Positions 58,698 through 64,000 of a stretch of 64,000 bases of DNA are shown in pieces. Origin of the DNA: Gemmatimonadota bacterium. GTDB lineage: Bacteria; Gemmatimonadota; Gemmatimonadetes; Gemmatimonadales; GWC2-71-9. The notes under the pieces are model-generated. The model was not told where the DNA came from, searched no databases, and saw nothing but the letters and a program-made list of their open reading frames with translations. The translations under genes were made by a program, and so were the position numbers. The stretch covers positions 27,683 to 91,682 of the forward strand of contig JBGQFX010000005.1 in the NCBI GenBank assembly GCA_041497135.1, in the 5' to 3' direction. Each line of letters opens with the position of its first letter. The first letter of the stretch is position 1.

Positions 58698-59465
58698 ATG
58701 TCCACTGCCATGACTTCGTTACGCACGTTTCTGACCGCCCTTGGCCCCGTGCTGGCTCTCGCCGCCTGTGCGGGCCACTCGCAGCCGGATCCCGTGCCGG
58801 TGCCGGATTCCACGCCGGCCCCGGTCCGCGTGGTCACCGAGACCGTGACGGTTCGGGATCATGACCTGGAGCAGCGCGTTTCGCGACTCGAGCTGCGGGT
58901 GATGGAGCGGGATGCCCAGGTGGAAGATCTGCAAGCCCGTCTGGATGAGGCGCGCCGGGAAGTGGTGCGCTCGATGGCCAAGGTCCAGACGCTGGCTACG
59001 CGCGCCGAGGCGGCGTCCGGGATGGCGGAGGCGGAGATCGCGTTGCGGACGTTGCGGCGCTCGGCGGGCAGTCAGGCGGCGCCCGAGCTGGCCAAGGCGG
59101 CCAAGTTGCTCGAGGACGCCACGAAGGAATTCAACATCCAGAACTACGGTGGGTCGCTCTGGCTGGCGAATCAGGCCAAGTCAACCGCGGGGGTCGGCCG
59201 GAGCCGGTTCGCGAGTGGTGACCCTGCTGCGGCCCGCCCCGGTGAAGTGATGTTCGCCGTGCCGCTCCGCCTGCAAACCGTGGGTCGCAGCAAGGTGCGC
59301 GAAGGTCCGGGCACGGCGTATCGCACGATCGGGACGCTGGAGTCCGGGACCTCGCTGGTCGGGCTCTCGTACGTCGATCAGTGGATGCGTGTACAGGACG
59401 ACAGCGGTCGGGCGGGGTGGGTGTTCTGGAACCTAGTGCAGAAACGGCAGGCGGCTTCCCGCTAG
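58698..59465 (+). CDS. lipoprotein with coiled-coil region and C-terminal SH3-like domain
   Basis: Lipobox LALAAC. Coiled coil LEQRVSRLELRVMERDAQVEDLQARLDEARRE. C-terminal ...VREGPGTAYRTIGTLESGTSLVGLSYVDQWMRVQDDSGRAGWV. Confidence 0.7.
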   Translation: MSTAMTSLRTFLTALGPVLALAACAGHSQPDPVPVPDSTPAPVRVVTETVTVRDHDLEQRVSRLELRVMERDAQVEDLQARLDEARREVVRSMAKVQTLATRAEAASGMAEAEIALRTLRRSAGSQAAPELAKAAKLLEDATKEFNIQNYGGSLWLANQAKSTAGVGRSRFASGDPAAARPGEVMFAVPLRLQTVGRSKVREGPGTAYRTIGTLESGTSLVGLSYVDQWMRVQDDSGRAGWVFWNLVQKRQAASR

Positions 59466-59527
59466 TGCCGTTCCAACTATTCACGCCGAAAAGAGCCCCG
59501 GTATAAACAAGTTGGAACGGCACTAGC
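59461..59527. repeat. perfect 17-bp inverted repeat (GCTAGTGCCGTTCCAAC / GTTGGAACGGCACTAGC) with a 33-nt AT-richer spacer
   Basis: Verified base by base. Each arm contains the stop codon (TAG) of one of the two convergent genes. No U-tract on either side. Confidence 0.9.
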
Positions 59528-61220
59528 CGCGCGCGGCCTTCGTATCCTTGACCAGTTTCAGCCCGGCGCGGCGCACCTTGTCGCGCCCTTCGCGCTTCGC
59601 TTCGTACAGCGCTTCATCCGCGGCCGCGATCACCTGCTCCGGGGTGTCCCCATGCAGCGGGAACTCGGCCACGCCGATGCTCACGGTCATGCGGCGCCCC
59701 GGGAGGACCTCGTCGGCGATCCGGGCGCGGATCCGCTCGGCGATGTCGAGCGCCTCCGGCATACCCGTCTCGGGGAGCATGACGAGGAATTCCTCCCCGC
59801 CGTAGCGGGCGACATGGTCCACCTCGCGTGTCGCGTCCCGCAGGATCGCGGCCACGCGCGAGAGCACGCCATCCCCCGCCAGATGCCCGAACGAATCGTT
59901 GTACTTCTTGAAGTGGTCGACGTCCACCATCAACACGGCGAACGTGTGCTTGAGTCGCTGCGACCGGCGCGCTTCGTCGGTGACCGCTTCCATCAGACGC
60001 CGGCGATTGAACAATCCGGTCAGTCCATCGGTGACCGAGAGCCGCTCGAGCTCTTCGTTCTTGCGGCGCAACGTCTCGTTGGCGGCGTCCAGCGCTTCGC
60101 GGCCCTCGCGCAGGCGGACCACCATGTTGTTGAACACCTGAGTCAGGTATCCGACTTCACCGCCTGAGAGCACCGGCAAGTCCACGTCGAGATTGCCGGC
60201 CGCTACCTTCGCGGCCCCCTTGGCGAGCCGGTGCAGGGGTCGCACGATGAAGAGGCCCAGGAAGTACGCGATCAGTCCGACCCCGATGAGCAGCGCGGTC
60301 ACGAGCAGGAGCATGGTGTTGCGCAGCTGGGTCACCTGGCGGAAGGCCAGCGACGCCGGGGCTTCGGCCACCACGGCCCAGCGCAGCAGGGGCTCGTTGC
60401 GCATGCTGCCGACCACCCGCTCCCCGTCGTAGCCGCGATAGCTCGCCAGGCTGCCGTCGTGCGCCGATAGGCGCTGCATGGAAGCCGTGGTCAACCGGGT
60501 GCCCGAACCCGTCGCCCGCCCGGTCACGATCTCTCCCTCGTTCGACACCAGATACACCCGGCCCGAGTCGGACGGAGCGTAGCGGCGCAGGATTTGGTCC
60601 ATGGACGAGAGATTCAGCTTGGCGGTCAGCGCTCCCAGAAAGCGGCCGCTGGGCACGTGCACCTGGACGGCCACGACGAGCAGCGCCGCCCCCAGGACGG
60701 GGTCGCGGTAGGGATCGCCCATGGCGGGGTTGTCCGCGAGCACCTCGTCGGTCCAGCCCCGGGGCATCTGGATCGGGCGCAGCTGTCGCGCACTCGTCGC
60801 CACGATGCCCCCCTGAGGATCCACCACCATCAGCTCCACGTAGTCGGCAAAGCGCTCCCGCACCGAGTTGAGATAGTCCGTCAGCCGGCGCACGGAGGGG
60901 CTCCGGGCGCCGCCGCTGCGCGGCCGCTCTTCCAGGTTTTCGGTCACTTCGTAGGAGCTGGCGAAGACGCGCAGCTCGTACAGCCGCTCCTTGAGCCAGA
61001 GCCCGAGCTCGCGCGCGCTTTGGGTGCTCGCGCTCTCCATCTCCTCGGTGATCTTGCCGTTGAGCGATCGCCGGATGTGGTTGTAGGCGATCCAGGTCGT
61101 GAGCAGGGACGGAATCAGCGTCGCCAGCACCGCGAAGAACAGAATCCGGTTTCGGATGCTGTCCAAGTGCAGCAGGCGGGTGTGCTTCGAAACCGACTGT
61201 TCTATGGCGCTGAGCCGCAT
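59523..61220 (-). CDS. membrane sensor diguanylate cyclase (Cache-like periplasmic domain + HAMP + GGDEF)
   Basis: TM, periplasmic region, second TM, HAMP (RPLHRLAKGAAKVAAGNLDV...), GGDEF (DGLTGLFNRR...RYGGEEFLVMLPET). ATG 61220 with a GGGAGA SD. Confidence 0.85.
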   Translation of the reverse strand: MRLSAIEQSVSKHTRLLHLDSIRNRILFFAVLATLIPSLLTTWIAYNHIRRSLNGKITEEMESASTQSARELGLWLKERLYELRVFASSYEVTENLEERPRSGGARSPSVRRLTDYLNSVRERFADYVELMVVDPQGGIVATSARQLRPIQMPRGWTDEVLADNPAMGDPYRDPVLGAALLVVAVQVHVPSGRFLGALTAKLNLSSMDQILRRYAPSDSGRVYLVSNEGEIVTGRATGSGTRLTTASMQRLSAHDGSLASYRGYDGERVVGSMRNEPLLRWAVVAEAPASLAFRQVTQLRNTMLLLVTALLIGVGLIAYFLGLFIVRPLHRLAKGAAKVAAGNLDVDLPVLSGGEVGYLTQVFNNMVVRLREGREALDAANETLRRKNEELERLSVTDGLTGLFNRRRLMEAVTDEARRSQRLKHTFAVLMVDVDHFKKYNDSFGHLAGDGVLSRVAAILRDATREVDHVARYGGEEFLVMLPETGMPEALDIAERIRARIADEVLPGRRMTVSIGVAEFPLHGDTPEQVIAAADEALYEAKREGRDKVRRAGLKLVKDTKAARG

Positions 61221-61305
61221 GTGTCTCCCGGAAACCCCCTTAAGATGAAGGAGCGGCTTGCCCACGCAAGTAGGGTGCCCGAGACGCAGGCAGGAACGCC
61301 TAGTG

Positions 61306-61320
61306 TGCAAACAGTTTGCA
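61306..61320. promoter_or_regulatory. 15-bp palindrome TGCAAAC-A-GTTTGCA in a divergent intergenic region
   Basis: Located between the GGDEF (minus) and MATE (plus) genes. Candidate dimeric regulator site, but not statistically exceptional on its own. Confidence 0.25.
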
Positions 61321-61423
61321 GTCTGCAGCCGCCCGACGCTGCGTCCGGCCTCACGTGAATCGAGGTGATATGCGTCACCCCGGATGGCCGCCGGGGCCAC
61401 CAACTCCGCGGTAGCTTGCGCCG

Positions 61424-62800
61424 ATGTCCGCGCCCTTCATTTCCCGCCGCCAGTTCCGCGCCGAGCTGGTCGAGCTGCTGCGTCTCGCGGTGCCCACGGT
61501 CGCCGTCCAGGTCGGCTGGATGTCGATGGGGGTCGTGGACACGATCGTCGTCGGGCACGTGTCGGCGGATGCCATGGCGGCGGTGGCGCTCGGGAGCCTG
61601 CTGTTCCTCGCGGTTTCGATCTTCGGGATGGGCGTGCTCACCGGGCTCGACCCGGTCATCTCCCAGGCCGTCGGCGCGCGCGACGAGCCGGCGGTGGCGC
61701 GTGGCGTCCAACGCGGGCTGATCCTCACGCTCGGGCTCACCGTGCTCTCCACGCTGGTGATCGTACCGGCGCGACCGCTGCTCGAAGCCCTGCGCCAGCC
61801 GCCCGAGATCGTGCCCACCGTGGTGGCCTACATGCGGGTCGCGGCCGGCGGCTTGCTGCCGTTCTACGCGGTCGTCCTGGTGCGCGTGTTGCTGCAGGCG
61901 ACCGGCCGCGTGGCCCCGATGGTGTGGGCGACGTTCGCCGCCAATGTGCTGAATCTCGCCCTCAACTGGGTGTTCGTGTTCGGTCACCTCGGCGCCCCGG
62001 TGCTGGGCGCGATCGGGTCGAGCTGGGCAACCACGCTGTCCCGCTGGGCGCTGGCGCTGTTCATGGTGGCGTTTTCATGGCGAGAGCTGCGGCACCGGGT
62101 CCGGCCATGGGCGCGGGACTCCCTGGCCGTCCGGTCCCTGGGTCGCGTCCTCGCGCTCGGCGCGCCGATCGGCATGCAGTATGTGCTCGAGCTCGGCATT
62201 TTCAGCCTGGTGGGGCTGATGATGGGGCGGCTGGGGGCGATCCCGATGGCCGCCAATCAGGTCGCCCTGAACCTCGCCTCGATCACGTTCATGGTCCCCC
62301 TCGGCGTGTCGATCGCTGCCTCGGTGCTGGTCGGCCGGGCGATCGGGCGGGGCGATATGCGCGAAGCGCGGCGCGCCGCGCTGGCGTCGCTCGTCTGCGG
62401 CATCGGGTTCATGGCGTTCTCGGCCCTCGTCATGCTGGTGCTGCCGGAGACGCTGGCGCGCGTGTACACGACCGATGCGGGAGTCGCCGCGCTCGCGGCG
62501 ACGCTGATCCCGATCGCGGGCGTGTTCCAGGTGTTCGACGGCACGCAGGTGGTTTCGATCGGCGTGCTGCGTGGCACCGGCGACACGCGCACGCCGATGC
62601 TCGTCAACATCCTGGGCTACTGGATGATCGCGCTGCCGCTCTCGGCGTGGCTGGGGTTGTACACGCCCGCCGGGCCGGCGGGGATGTGGTGGGGGCTCGT
62701 CGCGGGGCTGGTGGTCGTGGCGCTGATCCTGGCGACGCGGGTGCGCGTCCGGCTGCGCGGTGAGGTGCGACGGTTGGAGGTCGAGACGGCGCCATTCTAG
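61424..62800 (+). CDS. MATE family efflux transporter
   Basis: 458 aa, 12 TM-like segments. ELLRLAVPTVAVQVGWMSMGVVDTIVVGH... and the internal duplicated half ...LALGAPIGMQYVLELGIFSLVGLMMGRLG. Confidence 0.85.
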   Translation: MSAPFISRRQFRAELVELLRLAVPTVAVQVGWMSMGVVDTIVVGHVSADAMAAVALGSLLFLAVSIFGMGVLTGLDPVISQAVGARDEPAVARGVQRGLILTLGLTVLSTLVIVPARPLLEALRQPPEIVPTVVAYMRVAAGGLLPFYAVVLVRVLLQATGRVAPMVWATFAANVLNLALNWVFVFGHLGAPVLGAIGSSWATTLSRWALALFMVAFSWRELRHRVRPWARDSLAVRSLGRVLALGAPIGMQYVLELGIFSLVGLMMGRLGAIPMAANQVALNLASITFMVPLGVSIAASVLVGRAIGRGDMREARRAALASLVCGIGFMAFSALVMLVLPETLARVYTTDAGVAALAATLIPIAGVFQVFDGTQVVSIGVLRGTGDTRTPMLVNILGYWMIALPLSAWLGLYTPAGPAGMWWGLVAGLVVVALILATRVRVRLRGEVRRLEVETAPF

Positions 62801-62874
62801 CCATCCTCGCCGCCTCTCGCTGGAGGCGCCAGCCGCGTGCACATTCTCCGGCCCCTTCAGATCCGGAGCCGCAC

Positions 62875-64000
62875 ATGCCTGCGTTGTCCCGCCGCGAATT
62901 CGTTCAGGTCGCCGCCGCGACCGGACTCGCCACCGCCGCGCCGCTCGCGGCGAGCGCCACCCCCCTCTCACGTCCCCACGTCCCCACTCCCCCGCCATTC
63001 GAGCTCGAGGAGATCACGGTCGCCCAGCTCCAGGCCGGACTGGCCGCCGGGCGCTACACCTCGCGGCGACTGTGCGAAGCGTATCTGGCCCGCATCGCGC
63101 AGTTGGACGGCCGCGGTCCGACACTGCGCTCGGTGATCGAAACCAACTCCGATGCGTTGGCGATCGCCGACCAGGCGGACGCGGAGCGCCGGACCGGGAA
63201 GACGCGGGGGCCGCTGCACGGCATTCCAGTGTTGATCAAGGACAACATCGCGACCGGTGACCGGATGAAGACAAGCGCCGGCTCGCTCGCGCTGGCCGAC
63301 ACGCCGGCTCCTCGCGATGCGTTCGTCGTTCGCAAGCTGCGCGATGCCGGAGCGGTCATCATCGGCAAGACGAATCTCTCGGAGTGGGCCAACTTCCGGT
63401 CCTCGCATTCGGTGAGCGGCTGGAGCGGACGCGGCGGCCAGTGCCGCAATCCGTATGCCTTGGACCGCAATCCCTGCGGCTCGAGCTCGGGCACCGGGGC
63501 AGCCATCTCGGCCAACCTCGCCGCGGTTGGGGTCGGGACCGAGACCGACGGATCGATCATCTGTCCGTCGGGCGCGAATTCGCTCGTCGGCATCAAGCCG
63601 ACGCTGGGGCTCGTGTCCCGGCGGGGGATCGTGCCCATCGCGCACAGCCAGGATACGGCGGGCCCGATGGCCCGGACCGTGGCCGATGCGGCGGCGTTGC
63701 TCGGTGCACTGGCCGGAACGGACCCCGAGGATCCGGCCACCGCCGACGCCGCAACCCGGGGGCAGACGGACTACACCGCGTCGCTCGATCCCAATGGCCT
63801 GAAGGGCGCCCGCATCGGTGTGGCGCGGGCCGTGTTCGGCACATCGGCCGTCGCCGACCGGCTCGTGAACGCGGCCATCGACGTTATGAAGGCGCAAGGG
63901 GCCGTGATCGTCGATCCGGCCGACATGCCCCACATGAACGATTACGGCGACGCCGAGAACACCGTGCTGCTGTACGAGTTCAAGGCCGATCTGAACGCGT
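62875..64000 (+). CDS. amidase (amidase-signature family) with twin-arginine signal, 3'-partial
   Basis: Own translation: MPALSRREFVQVAAATGLATAAPLAASA (Tat-like SRREF)...GIPVLIKDNI...GKTNLSEWAN...GGQCRNPYALDRNPCGSSSGTGAA...GTETDGSIICPS. GGAG SD. It runs off the window, so it is absent from the track. Confidence 0.85.
   Translation, partial: MPALSRREFVQVAAATGLATAAPLAASATPLSRPHVPTPPPFELEEITVAQLQAGLAAGRYTSRRLCEAYLARIAQLDGRGPTLRSVIETNSDALAIADQADAERRTGKTRGPLHGIPVLIKDNIATGDRMKTSAGSLALADTPAPRDAFVVRKLRDAGAVIIGKTNLSEWANFRSSHSVSGWSGRGGQCRNPYALDRNPCGSSSGTGAAISANLAAVGVGTETDGSIICPSGANSLVGIKPTLGLVSRRGIVPIAHSQDTAGPMARTVADAAALLGALAGTDPEDPATADAATRGQTDYTASLDPNGLKGARIGVARAVFGTSAVADRLVNAAIDVMKAQGAVIVDPADMPHMNDYGDAENTVLLYEFKADLNA

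Overview
High-GC (roughly 68-70% by eye), densely coding bacterial chromosomal segment. I can support about 58 CDS and saw no rRNA, tRNA, CRISPR array, IS element or prophage. All calls rest on reading the supplied translations and the DNA by eye (motifs, start/stop geometry, Shine-Dalgarno sites); no searches were run. The protein repertoire (secreted 'CPDGSPPPC'-TPR proteins, Ser/Thr kinases fused to TPR sensors, Kelch-repeat lipoproteins) suggests a Gemmatimonadota-like organism; this is inference only. Many long antisense or off-frame ORFs in the track are GC artefacts.

Gene content in order:
- 5'-partial AhpD/CMD gene
- secreted TPR protein
- CSD-like gene, infA and a small zinc-ribbon ORF
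- sulfide-handling operon (ArsR-rhodanese, DsrE, SQR, methyltransferase, small membrane proteins)
- repeat-domain lipoprotein plus M23 peptidase
- co-directional cluster of B12-radical SAM, beta-propeller, cNMP-histidine kinase and fused response regulator/TrxR-like protein, with a divergent HTH gene
- rpsU and a cold-shock gene
- barrel-like protein plus di-haem cytochrome c peroxidase, and Dps
- NAD-type formate dehydrogenase cluster plus fdhD
- two small nucleotidyltransferase-fold gene pairs bracketing two giant paralogous Kelch lipoproteins and an ECF sigma / anti-sigma / TPR-CHAT operon
- Ser/Thr kinases
- LemA-DUF2207-TPR-hydrolase operon
- RND efflux pair
- tesA/ybbA/ybbP-like locus
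- OmpA-like, ACT and SH3 lipoprotein genes
- GGDEF, MATE and amidase genes

Main second-look items:
1. Two in-frame UGA codons sit at catalytic Cys positions with downstream hairpins. One is the classical FDH selenocysteine site; the other is the second Cys of the CxxC motif in the AhpD-like gene.
2. The FDH alpha subunit is split at the Fe4S4/Mo-domain junction and its halves are encoded in permuted order.
3. The radical-SAM / propeller / cNMP-HK / RR-TrxR cluster has no obvious known function.
4. The ECF-anti-sigma-CHAT module has an ECF-type promoter candidate and an anomalous CHAT start.
5. A 372-nt 3' module plus terminator is shared at about 92% identity between the two giant lipoprotein genes.
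6. A perfect 17-bp inverted repeat embeds both stop codons of a convergent gene pair.
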